Source: a bacterium (GTDB lineage: Bacteria > Bacteroidota > Bacteroidia > Bacteroidales > Marinilabiliaceae). From it: 64,000 nucleotides of DNA. The number at the start of each line of letters is the position of its first letter. The stretch's first letter is position 1. The stretch spans positions 2,083-66,082 of the forward strand of contig CAVFBA010000006.1 in assembly GCA_963620665.1 (NCBI GenBank), given 5' to 3'. Positions 55,964-64,000 of the stretch are shown here, one piece after another. The notes beneath the pieces are model-generated. The model worked only from the letters and a program-made list of their open reading frames with translations. It ran no database searches and was not told the DNA's origin. A program made the position numbers and the translations under genes.

Positions 55964-56854
55964 ATGGCTCAATTCAATCTCCAGGGCTCTATTGCCGCCC
56001 TCGTGACGCCATTCAAGAAAGATGGCTCCATAGACTACGAAGCCTACGACCGTCTCCTCGACTTCCACCTTGCCAACGGTACTGCTGGCGTAGTCGTCTG
56101 CGGCACATCGGGCGAGACACCAACTCTCTCCGAAGAGGAGGATGCGCAGATGTTCCGGCACTCCGTCGAGTATATCAACCATCGCATGGTCGTCATCGGA
56201 GGCACGGGTTCCAATAGCACCGAGAGTTGCGTCAAATACACCCGTAACGCGGCCGAGGCAGGTGTCGATGCCGTCCTCACCGTAGGCCCCTACTACAACA
56301 AGCCTACCTCCGCTGGCATGTATCTCCACTTCGCCACAGTCGCCAAGGCCGTAAATATCCCCATAATTCTCTACAACGTCCCCGGGCGCACTGGCTCAGC
56401 CATCAAACCCGACGTTGCCCTCCGCCTGGCACACGACTTCCCCAACATCGTCGGCATTAAGGAGGCCACAGGCAACCTCATGAACATTGCCACACTCATA
56501 GCAGGACGTCCCGAAGGATTCAAGGTTTACAGCGGCGACGATAACATCTCCATGCTCTCTAACCTTCTCGGTGGCGACGGTTGCATATCCGTCCTCGCCA
56601 ATGTAGTCCCTAATGATTTCGCCCAGCTCATGACTCTCTCCATGCAGGGCAACGCCATAGAAGCACGTAAACTCTTCTACAAATATCACCGACTCATGGA
56701 TCTCCTATTCATCGAGTCCAACCCCATCCCCGTCAAGGCAGCCCTCGCCGCCATGGGCATGATGAACGAGACCTACCGCTCTCCACTCTGCCCCATGGAA
56801 CCACAGAACCGCCAAACCCTAATAGACGAGCTGCATAAACTCGCCATAATCTAA
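55964..56854 (+). CDS. dapA: 4-hydroxy-tetrahydrodipicolinate synthase
   Basis: GSIAALVTPF ... VVCGTSGE ... GTGSNST ... YNVPGRTG ... GIKEATGN. ATG 55964 preferred over the track's upstream start at 55877. Confidence 0.9.
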   Translation: MAQFNLQGSIAALVTPFKKDGSIDYEAYDRLLDFHLANGTAGVVVCGTSGETPTLSEEEDAQMFRHSVEYINHRMVVIGGTGSNSTESCVKYTRNAAEAGVDAVLTVGPYYNKPTSAGMYLHFATVAKAVNIPIILYNVPGRTGSAIKPDVALRLAHDFPNIVGIKEATGNLMNIATLIAGRPEGFKVYSGDDNISMLSNLLGGDGCISVLANVVPNDFAQLMTLSMQGNAIEARKLFYKYHRLMDLLFIESNPIPVKAALAAMGMMNETYRSPLCPMEPQNRQTLIDELHKLAII

Positions 56855-56903
56855 CCTGCCAACCACGCCACACGGCAACCCCGTGCCAAGGTGATATTAC
56901 CCG

Positions 56904-56936
56904 TAGAGACGTTGTTTGCGACGTCTCTGCTTTTTT
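56904..56936 (+). terminator. Rho-independent terminator built from a GTAGAGACG...CGTCTCT palindrome
   Basis: agagacgt (56905-56912) pairs with acgtctct (56921-56928), followed by gc plus T6. Confidence 0.75.
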
Positions 56937-57020
56937 GTCCCCTACCCTCCCCTCCTATTTTATACCCATTCTTTCCCTTTTTCTCTCTAATTTTATAATC
57001 AACAAACCAACAACACACCA

Positions 57021-59681
57021 ATGGCAGAATACAACCTATCCGGCCTCACTGAGGAAGAAGTCCTCAGCAGCCGCCAACAGCACGGCACCAACGTCCTCAC
57101 ACCGCCCAAGAAAGAACCACTCTGGAAAAAGTTCCTCGAGAAATTCCAAGACCACCTCATCATCATCCTCCTCGTCGCAGGATGTCTCTCCGTCGGCATA
57201 TCTTTCTACGAGTATTTCGGTCTCGGCAAAGATGCCACAGTCTTCTTTGAGCCAATAGGCATTTTCGTTGCCATACTCCTTGCCACCGGGCTCGCCTTCA
57301 TCTTCGAGCTCAAAGCCGACCGTGAGTTCGCCATCCTCAACCAAGTCAACGACGACGAGCCAGTCGAGGTCATACGCTCCGGCTCGGCGTGCAAAGTGCC
57401 AAAGCGTGACATCGTTGTGGGCGACATCATCATCATTGCCACAGGCGACGAAATCCCAGCCGATGCCGAATTAATCGATGCCACACACCTAAAGGTCGAC
57501 GAGAGCAGCCTAACAGGCGAACCCGTATGCGACAAAACCACAGACAAGGCACAGTTCGACCCACAAGCCACCTTCCCCTCCAACCACGTCATGCGCGGCA
57601 CAAAGGTCATGGAAGGTCACGCCATAGCACGTGTCTTCGCCGTAGGAGACAAGACAGAGAACGGCAAGGTCTTCGAGGCGGCACAAATCGACAACTCCAT
57701 ACGCACCCCACTCAATGAGCAACTCGACGGACTTAGCGACCTCGTAACCAAACTCAGCTACACCATAGCCGCACTCGTCGTAGTAGGCCGCATACTCGTA
57801 TACTTCCTCGGAGACAACTCCCTCGCTTGGGTCGACATCACCGCCTACCTCCTCCAGACCGTCATGATTGCCGTGACACTCATCGTCGTAGCAGTCCCCG
57901 AAGGCCTACCTATGGCTGTGACCCTCGCCCTCGCCTACAGCATGCGCTCCATGCTAAAAACCAACAACCTCGTCCGCAAGATGCACGCCTGCGAGACCAT
58001 GGGAGCCACAACCGTCATCTGCACCGACAAGACCGGCACCCTCACTCAAAACCAAATGCGAGTGAGCCAAGCCGTATTTGACGACCCGCAATCTGAACTC
58101 GTGGCCGAAGCTCTCGCCGTGAACTCTACCGCCGAACTCGACACCTCCAACCCCGACAAACCTACCGTCGTAGGCAACCCCACCGAAGGCGCGCTGCTCC
58201 TCTACCTCTACGACAACAAACGCAACTACCGCGATATACGTGCCTCAATATCCCGTGTCGAGGAACTCCCCTTCTCCACCGAACGCAAATACATGGCCAC
58301 GGAGATTCTCAACCACGACAACCAACACATCCTGCACGTCAAGGGCGCACCCGAGATTGTCCTCTCCCTATGCCAAATCGACTCACAAGAACAGCGCGAC
58401 GCCATATTCTCGCAACTCGCCACATTCCAAAAGCAAGGCATGCGCACCCTCGCCTTCGCCTACAAGAACCTCGAGATTAACGAGAAGGTTATTACCGACG
58501 GACGAATCACTACCAACGACCTCAAATTCCTCGGCATAGTAGCCATCGCCGACCCCGTACGTGCCGACGTGCCAGACGCCATCAAGCAGTGCATCAACGC
58601 CGGCATACAAGTCAAGATGGTCACAGGCGACACCGCCAACACTGCCAAAGAAATAGCACGTCAGATAGGCCTCTGGAACCCACTCACCGACACCGATGCC
58701 AACAACATCATCACCGGTCCCGAACTTGCCGACATGAGCGAAGACAACCTCGACGCCAACGTGGAACACTTCAAGATCATAGCCCGCGCCCGCCCTATGG
58801 ACAAGAAGAAACTCGTCGAGAGCCTGCAACGCAAGAACGAGATAGTGGCTGTCACAGGCGATGGCACAAACGACGCACCCGCACTCAAAGCAGCCCACGT
58901 AGGACTCTCCATGGGCGACGGCACATCCGTAGCTAAAGAGGTGAGCGACATCACCATCATCGACAACTCCTTCAGCAGCATCTGCCGTGCCGTACTCTGG
59001 GGACGTTCCCTCTACCAGAATATCCAACGCTTCCTCCTGTTCCAGCTCACCGTCAACGTCTCCGCTTGCCTCATCGTGCTCGTCGGTGCGTTCATGGGCA
59101 TTCAATCACCGCTCACAGTGACCCAAATGCTCTGGGTGAACCTCATCATGGATACCTTCGGAGCTATGGCTCTCGCCTCACTCCCACCCTCACCCTCCGT
59201 AATGAACGATAAGCCGCGCAACCGCAACGCCTTCATCATCGACCGCCACATGGCAACAGAGATATTCTCCATAGGCGGCATATTCTTCCTCATCATGCTC
59301 GCCATGGTCTACGTCTGCGAACATGCCAACATCACCAGTATGACCGACTTCCTCTCGCCCAACATAGGCGCAGCCAATGGACTGACACCCTACGAGCAGA
59401 CCCTCATCTTCTCCGTATTCGTCATGACGCACTTCTGGTACATGTTCGACACCCGCGGCTATAAGACCAGCCGTAGCGGCCTACTCCTGCGCCACTGCAA
59501 AGGTTTCGGCTTGATCGCACTAATCATCTTCATCGGACAAATCCTCATCGTCGAATGTCTCTACCACTTCTTCGATGTCATCCCAATGAAGATTAGCGAC
59601 TGGATTATCATAACCCTAATCTCCTCCCTCGTCCTCTGGGTGCGCGAGCTGAAAGTGCTCTTCATCAGACACAAGGCATAA
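57021..59681 (+). CDS. Calcium-translocating (P2-type) P-type ATPase
   Basis: TGE-like actuator region, DKTGTLT phosphorylation site, TGDN/VTGDGTNDAPALK hinge, 10 TM topology, 886 aa. Confidence 0.9.
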   Translation: MAEYNLSGLTEEEVLSSRQQHGTNVLTPPKKEPLWKKFLEKFQDHLIIILLVAGCLSVGISFYEYFGLGKDATVFFEPIGIFVAILLATGLAFIFELKADREFAILNQVNDDEPVEVIRSGSACKVPKRDIVVGDIIIIATGDEIPADAELIDATHLKVDESSLTGEPVCDKTTDKAQFDPQATFPSNHVMRGTKVMEGHAIARVFAVGDKTENGKVFEAAQIDNSIRTPLNEQLDGLSDLVTKLSYTIAALVVVGRILVYFLGDNSLAWVDITAYLLQTVMIAVTLIVVAVPEGLPMAVTLALAYSMRSMLKTNNLVRKMHACETMGATTVICTDKTGTLTQNQMRVSQAVFDDPQSELVAEALAVNSTAELDTSNPDKPTVVGNPTEGALLLYLYDNKRNYRDIRASISRVEELPFSTERKYMATEILNHDNQHILHVKGAPEIVLSLCQIDSQEQRDAIFSQLATFQKQGMRTLAFAYKNLEINEKVITDGRITTNDLKFLGIVAIADPVRADVPDAIKQCINAGIQVKMVTGDTANTAKEIARQIGLWNPLTDTDANNIITGPELADMSEDNLDANVEHFKIIARARPMDKKKLVESLQRKNEIVAVTGDGTNDAPALKAAHVGLSMGDGTSVAKEVSDITIIDNSFSSICRAVLWGRSLYQNIQRFLLFQLTVNVSACLIVLVGAFMGIQSPLTVTQMLWVNLIMDTFGAMALASLPPSPSVMNDKPRNRNAFIIDRHMATEIFSIGGIFFLIMLAMVYVCEHANITSMTDFLSPNIGAANGLTPYEQTLIFSVFVMTHFWYMFDTRGYKTSRSGLLLRHCKGFGLIALIIFIGQILIVECLYHFFDVIPMKISDWIIITLISSLVLWVRELKVLFIRHKA

Positions 59682-59779
59682 CACCCGCACCACCCGACAA
59701 GCCCCATAAAAAAGGCTTGCTCCAGTAATTCGTCAAGGCTAATTTCTTTTTTTAAGAATTTATCCATATCTTAGCGCAT

Positions 59780-59828
59780 CGGAAGGTCAGGATGAACACG
59801 CCAGTGTCACCGACCTTCCGATTTTCTA
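59780..59828 (+). terminator. Long hairpin plus U-tract between the ATPase gene and purA (terminator or purA leader element)
   Basis: cggaaggtc (59780-59788) pairs with gaccttccg (59812-59820). An inner gaacac/gtgtc pairing is possible. Followed by attttct. Confidence 0.5.
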
Positions 59829-59859
59829 TGTCTGATTATTTTATAAGTCCCTATCTATA

Positions 59860-61125
59860 ATGAAAGTAGACGTTCTCCTGGGCCTCCAATGGGGCGACGA
59901 GGGCAAGGGTAAGGTCGTTGATGTCCTGACCCCTAACTATGCCGCCGTCACACGTTTCCAAGGTGGCCCTAATGCCGGTCATACGCTCGAGTTTGAAGGC
60001 CAGAAATACGTACTCCGCTCAGTACCCTCAGGTATCTTCCAAGGCGACAAGGTAAACATCATCGGTAACGGCGTAGTACTCGACCCCGCCCTCTTCAAAG
60101 CCGAAATAGAGCAACTCGAAGCCACTGGCCACGACCTCAAGAGCCGACTATTCATATCTCGCAAAGCACACCTCATCCTCCCAACACACCGCCTCCTCGA
60201 CGCCGCATACGAGAGCGCTAAAGGTGCAGGCAAGATAGGTACAACAGGCAAGGGCATCGGCCCCACATATACCGACAAGATCAGCCGCAACGGCCTACGT
60301 GTAGGCGACCTCGAGAATAACTTCGAAGCCAAATACAAAGCCGCAACCGACCGTCACAAAACCATCCTCGGACACTACAACTACCCCACCGATAAACTCG
60401 CCGAAATAGAGAAGGACTGGTTCGCTGGTGTCGAGAAGCTGCGCCAATTCACCTTCATCGACAGCGAATTCTACATCAACGGCCTCCTCGCCGATGGCAA
60501 ACGTGTCCTCGCCGAAGGCGCACAGGGCACAATGCTCGACGTCGACTTCGGCTCATACCCCTTCGTGACATCATCCAACACCGTAGCAGCCGGCTCATGC
60601 ACAGGACTCGGCGTAGCCCCAAGCAAGATAGGCGAAGTATTCGGCATATTCAAAGCCTACTGCACTCGCGTCGGAAGCGGCCCTTTCCCAACAGAACTAT
60701 TCGACAAGACAGGCGAAGAAATACGCAAACTCGGACATGAGTTCGGCGCCGTCACAGGACGCGCACGACGTTGTGGTTGGATCGACCTCGTAGCTCTCCG
60801 CTACGCAGTAATGATCAACGGCGTGACACAGCTCATCATGATGAAAAGCGACATCCTCGACGCCTTCAAAACCATCAAGGCTTGCGTCGCCTATAAGGTC
60901 GGCAACCGTGAGACAGACGAAATGCCCTTCGACATCAACGAGGAAGTAGAGCCTATCTACATGGAGTTCGACGGCTGGAACACTCCCATGGATAAGATGA
61001 CCTCCGAAGACCAGTTCCCCCAAAAGTTCATCGACTACGTCAAGTTCATCGAGAGCTACCTCGGCGTACCAGTCAAGATCGTCTCCGTAGGACCCGACCG
61101 CGACCAAACCATAACCCGCAAATAA
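59860..61125 (+). CDS. purA: Adenylosuccinate synthase
   Basis: QWGDEGKGK P-loop, GGPNAGHT, GTTGKGIGP and GAQG.MLD motifs. Confidence 0.95.
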   Translation: MKVDVLLGLQWGDEGKGKVVDVLTPNYAAVTRFQGGPNAGHTLEFEGQKYVLRSVPSGIFQGDKVNIIGNGVVLDPALFKAEIEQLEATGHDLKSRLFISRKAHLILPTHRLLDAAYESAKGAGKIGTTGKGIGPTYTDKISRNGLRVGDLENNFEAKYKAATDRHKTILGHYNYPTDKLAEIEKDWFAGVEKLRQFTFIDSEFYINGLLADGKRVLAEGAQGTMLDVDFGSYPFVTSSNTVAAGSCTGLGVAPSKIGEVFGIFKAYCTRVGSGPFPTELFDKTGEEIRKLGHEFGAVTGRARRCGWIDLVALRYAVMINGVTQLIMMKSDILDAFKTIKACVAYKVGNRETDEMPFDINEEVEPIYMEFDGWNTPMDKMTSEDQFPQKFIDYVKFIESYLGVPVKIVSVGPDRDQTITRK

Positions 61126-61151
61126 CCCACTGACCATCACACACATACCCA

Positions 61152-61190
61152 CCCCTCCGTGTAGCCACGGCTAACGGAGGGGTTACTTTT
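61152..61190 (+). terminator. Rho-independent terminator after purA
   Basis: cccctccgt (61152-61160) pairs with acggagggg (61174-61182), followed by ttactttt. Confidence 0.65.
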
Positions 61191-61206
61191 AGCCAAGCGT
61201 GACACA

Positions 61207-61782
61207 ATGGACTACAATACAACCCCCTCCAAAAAAGCCCTACGCCACCAAATACGTCTCCTCAAAGACTCACTCACAACCCTGCAACGTGAGCAAGCCG
61301 CCACACGACTCACCTCTCTCGCCCTATCCCACCCAACCATTTCCTCCACTCACACAATAATCTCCTTCTGGCCCATGCCCGACGAGATAAACACCGCTCC
61401 CCTTAACATCTCACTCGCCACACAAGGACACGACCTATACCTCCCCCTAATGGTCGACAACTCCCTACATTTCCACCTCTTCCAAGGTACCGACTCCCTT
61501 ACTCCCGACCCCCTATACGGCATCCTCCAACCTCCCCCCGACTCCCCCACCCTGCCACACGACATCCTCTCCTCTGGCGGCTCAAACACCGTCATAATTA
61601 CCCCAGGCATGGCTTTCACCTCCGACGGACGCCGTCTCGGACGAGGACGAGGTTTCTACGACCGTGCCTTCTCAACCCTGCCCAACGCCATTCGCATCGG
61701 TGTAGGATTCCAATGCCAACTCCTCGACAACCTGCCCACCGAGCCGCACGACGCCACCCTACACCACATCATTCTCGCTTAA
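61207..61782 (+). CDS. 5-formyltetrahydrofolate cyclo-ligase
   Basis: KK.LR..I ... SFWPMPDEINT ... YGILQP ... PGMAFTSDGRRLGRGRGFYDR ... EPHD. Confidence 0.85.
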   Translation: MDYNTTPSKKALRHQIRLLKDSLTTLQREQAATRLTSLALSHPTISSTHTIISFWPMPDEINTAPLNISLATQGHDLYLPLMVDNSLHFHLFQGTDSLTPDPLYGILQPPPDSPTLPHDILSSGGSNTVIITPGMAFTSDGRRLGRGRGFYDRAFSTLPNAIRIGVGFQCQLLDNLPTEPHDATLHHIILA

Positions 61783-61804
61783 CCCTATAACTCCCACCAT
61801 AACA

Positions 61805-63934
61805 ATGCTAAACCCTATATTCCCATCCCTCATAGCCAAACAGCTAAACCTCCGCACTCAACAGGTGCAAAACACCATCAAACTCCTCGACGACGGCGCT
61901 ACCGTACCCTTCATCAGCCGATACCGTAAGGAAGCCACATCCAACCTCGATGAAGTCCAAATAGCCAACATCGCACAAGCCTACGATAAACTCAAGGAAC
62001 TCGAATCTCGCAAAGAGACTATCATCTCTACCATCGACTCCCAAGGAAAACTGACCGACAACCTCCGACAACTTATCACCGACACTTGGGACCCTACCCG
62101 TCTCGAGGACCTATACCAACCCTACAAGCCAAAACGTAAGACACGTGCCGCCAAAGCCCGTGAACTCGGACTCGAACCGCTTGCACAAATACTCCTCAAC
62201 GGAAACTGCCAAGATATCGACCTGACCGCCGAAAAGTTCCTCTCCGACAACGTCAAAACCATCGACGACGCCCTGCAAGGCGCTCGCGATATAATCGCCG
62301 AATACGTGGCCGACCAACCCGAATCACGCGAAACAGCACGCAACATATTCCGCTGTGACGGCATAATCTCTACCAAACTCGTCAAAGGTAAAGAAGCCGA
62401 CGCCGAGAAATACCGCGACTATATAGACCGACACGAAAACCTCTCCAAATGCCCCTCACACCGCGTCCTCGCCATGATGCGCGCAGAAGACGAAGGTGTC
62501 CTCAAACTCTCCGTCGACCCTAAAGACTCCAACGTCATCCTCGACCGACTCGAACGCCGTTTCATCAAAAACCAACGCACAGCACATCATCTACAATCCG
62601 CCATTGCCGACGGCTACAAACGGCTCCTCGCTCCAGCAATGCAGACCGAAATGCAAGCCGAAGCCAAACAACGTGCCGACACAGATGCCATAAATGTCTT
62701 CGAGACTAACCTCCGACAACTCCTCCTCGCCCCACCACTCGGCCGACACCGTGTTCTCGCGCTCGACCCAGGTTTCCGCACCGGCTGCAAAGTGGTATGC
62801 CTCGATGAACAGGGCAATATGCTATGCCACTCCGTCATATTCCCTCACCCACCAGCCAACAAGCCACAAGAAGCACAAGCCGAACTCCAACACCTCATCG
62901 ACAAGTACCACATCGAGGCTGTCGCAATAGGCAACGGCACAGCAAGCCGCGAGACAGAAGCCTTCGTACGCAACTTCGACCCCAACCACCATCTACGCAT
63001 ATTCGTCGTCTCCGAAGACGGCGCCTCTATCTACTCCGCCTCCGCAACAGCACGCGAAGAGTTCCCAAACGAGGACGTCACAGTCCGCGGCGCCGTATCC
63101 ATAGGCCGACGTCTCATGGACCCCCTCGCCGAACTCGTCAAAATCGACCCCAAATCCCTCGGCATAGGCCAATACCAACACGACGTCGACCAAAACCGAC
63201 TCAAGGACTCTCTCGACTCCGTGGTCATAAGCTGCGTCAACCAAGTAGGAGTCGAGGTCAACACCGCAAGCCGACATCTCCTGACCTACGTCTCAGGACT
63301 CGGCCCTCAGCTCGCGCAAAACATCGTCGACTACCGAACCGAACACGGCCCCTTCGCCTCACGAGCCGACCTCAAGAAAGTCCCACGACTCGGCCCTAAA
63401 GCCTACGAGCAATGCGCCGGCTTCCTTCGTATCGCCGGAGCTAAAAACCCCCTCGACACCTCGGCCGTGCACCCCGAACGATACCACATAGTGGCTCAAA
63501 TGGCTCACGACGCCAACTGCTCCGTCCAAGAACTAATCTCCAACCCAACTAAGCGCCAGCAAGTTAAGCTCGAGAACTACGTCACCAACGAGGTCGGTCT
63601 CCCCACCCTACGCGACATAATGGCCGAACTCGAAAAACCTGGCCGAGACCCACGTGAACAACTCCAAGATTTCGCCTTCGACCCCTCCGTACATACCATC
63701 AACGACCTCGCCATCGGCATGCGTCTGCCTGGCATCGTCACCAACATCACCGCCTTCGGGGCTTTCGTCGACCTCGGCGTCAAAACCGACGGACTCGTAC
63801 ACATTAGCCAACTATCCGACCATTTTGTCAAGAATGTATCCGACGTGGTCTCGCTACACCAACAAGTCATAGTCCGAGTTGTCGAAGTCGACCTCGACCG
63901 CAACCGCATCGGACTGAGCATGAAAGGTGAATAA
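61805..63934 (+). CDS. tex: Tex family RNA-binding transcription accessory protein
   Basis: N-terminal TVPFISRYRKE, YqgF/RuvC-like region (ALDPGFRTGCK), HhH motifs and a C-terminal S1 domain (GMRLPGIVTNITAFGAFVDLGVKTDGLVHISQL). Confidence 0.9.
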   Translation: MLNPIFPSLIAKQLNLRTQQVQNTIKLLDDGATVPFISRYRKEATSNLDEVQIANIAQAYDKLKELESRKETIISTIDSQGKLTDNLRQLITDTWDPTRLEDLYQPYKPKRKTRAAKARELGLEPLAQILLNGNCQDIDLTAEKFLSDNVKTIDDALQGARDIIAEYVADQPESRETARNIFRCDGIISTKLVKGKEADAEKYRDYIDRHENLSKCPSHRVLAMMRAEDEGVLKLSVDPKDSNVILDRLERRFIKNQRTAHHLQSAIADGYKRLLAPAMQTEMQAEAKQRADTDAINVFETNLRQLLLAPPLGRHRVLALDPGFRTGCKVVCLDEQGNMLCHSVIFPHPPANKPQEAQAELQHLIDKYHIEAVAIGNGTASRETEAFVRNFDPNHHLRIFVVSEDGASIYSASATAREEFPNEDVTVRGAVSIGRRLMDPLAELVKIDPKSLGIGQYQHDVDQNRLKDSLDSVVISCVNQVGVEVNTASRHLLTYVSGLGPQLAQNIVDYRTEHGPFASRADLKKVPRLGPKAYEQCAGFLRIAGAKNPLDTSAVHPERYHIVAQMAHDANCSVQELISNPTKRQQVKLENYVTNEVGLPTLRDIMAELEKPGRDPREQLQDFAFDPSVHTINDLAIGMRLPGIVTNITAFGAFVDLGVKTDGLVHISQLSDHFVKNVSDVVSLHQQVIVRVVEVDLDRNRIGLSMKGE

Positions 63935-64000
63935 ATCCTAATTCACCCCTCCACACCACAATGGGGGAGTATATGTCGCACCCTCCACTCCCGCAACCGC

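Overview
The window reads as a chromosomal segment from a Bacteroidales (Bacteroidota) bacterium. Three things support that assignment: TAnnTTTG -7 promoter boxes 20-40 nt upstream of many start codons, lipoproteins with acidic post-Cys surface-export signals, and Bacteroidota-typical families (DUF4294, DUF4837, DUF4290, DUF5686, S46 dipeptidyl-peptidase, 6-bladed beta-propeller lipoproteins).

I support about 50 protein-coding genes, mostly housekeeping: nfo, sdaA, rseP, pdxA, gluQ, thrH, murA, asnB, maf, grpE-dnaJ, dapA, purA and tex, plus a Ca-type P-type ATPase and a large orphan sensor kinase. I could not find an rRNA, tRNA, CRISPR array, transposase or integrase by eye.

Observations worth a second look:
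1. Strand compositional asymmetry is extreme and block-wise (A+C-rich versus G+T-rich). It is independent of gene orientation, reaches into amino-acid composition, and changes sign or collapses at about 8.6-10 kb, 16-19 kb, 46.3 kb and 57 kb.
2. A low-GC islet of about 2.3 kb carries one DUF262/DUF1524 (GmrSD-like) nuclease gene. It is bounded by perfect 35-bp direct repeats, and a decayed higB with an intact higA lies nearby.
3. A perfect 4 x 66-bp tandem amplification covers the last 19 codons, the stop codon and 6 downstream nt of thrH.
4. A family of intergenic elements is built around 11-bp-phased ATGCTCC heptamer arrays, alongside other 21-bp-phased direct repeats.
5. A two-gene operon with highly expressed-looking codon usage encodes a 725-aa coiled-coil surface lipoprotein and a beta-barrel partner, possibly S-layer-like.
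6. An AmgK-like kinase is fused to a RapZ C-terminal-like domain inside a maf-S46-amgK-murU-M23 operon.
7. A REP-like GTAGAGACG...CGTCTCTAC palindrome family recurs in intergenic regions.

I do not see a clear multi-gene novel defence or secretion system. The compositional mosaic and the phased-repeat elements are the least explained signals. All counts are hand counts and all homology calls come from motif recognition, not from searches.
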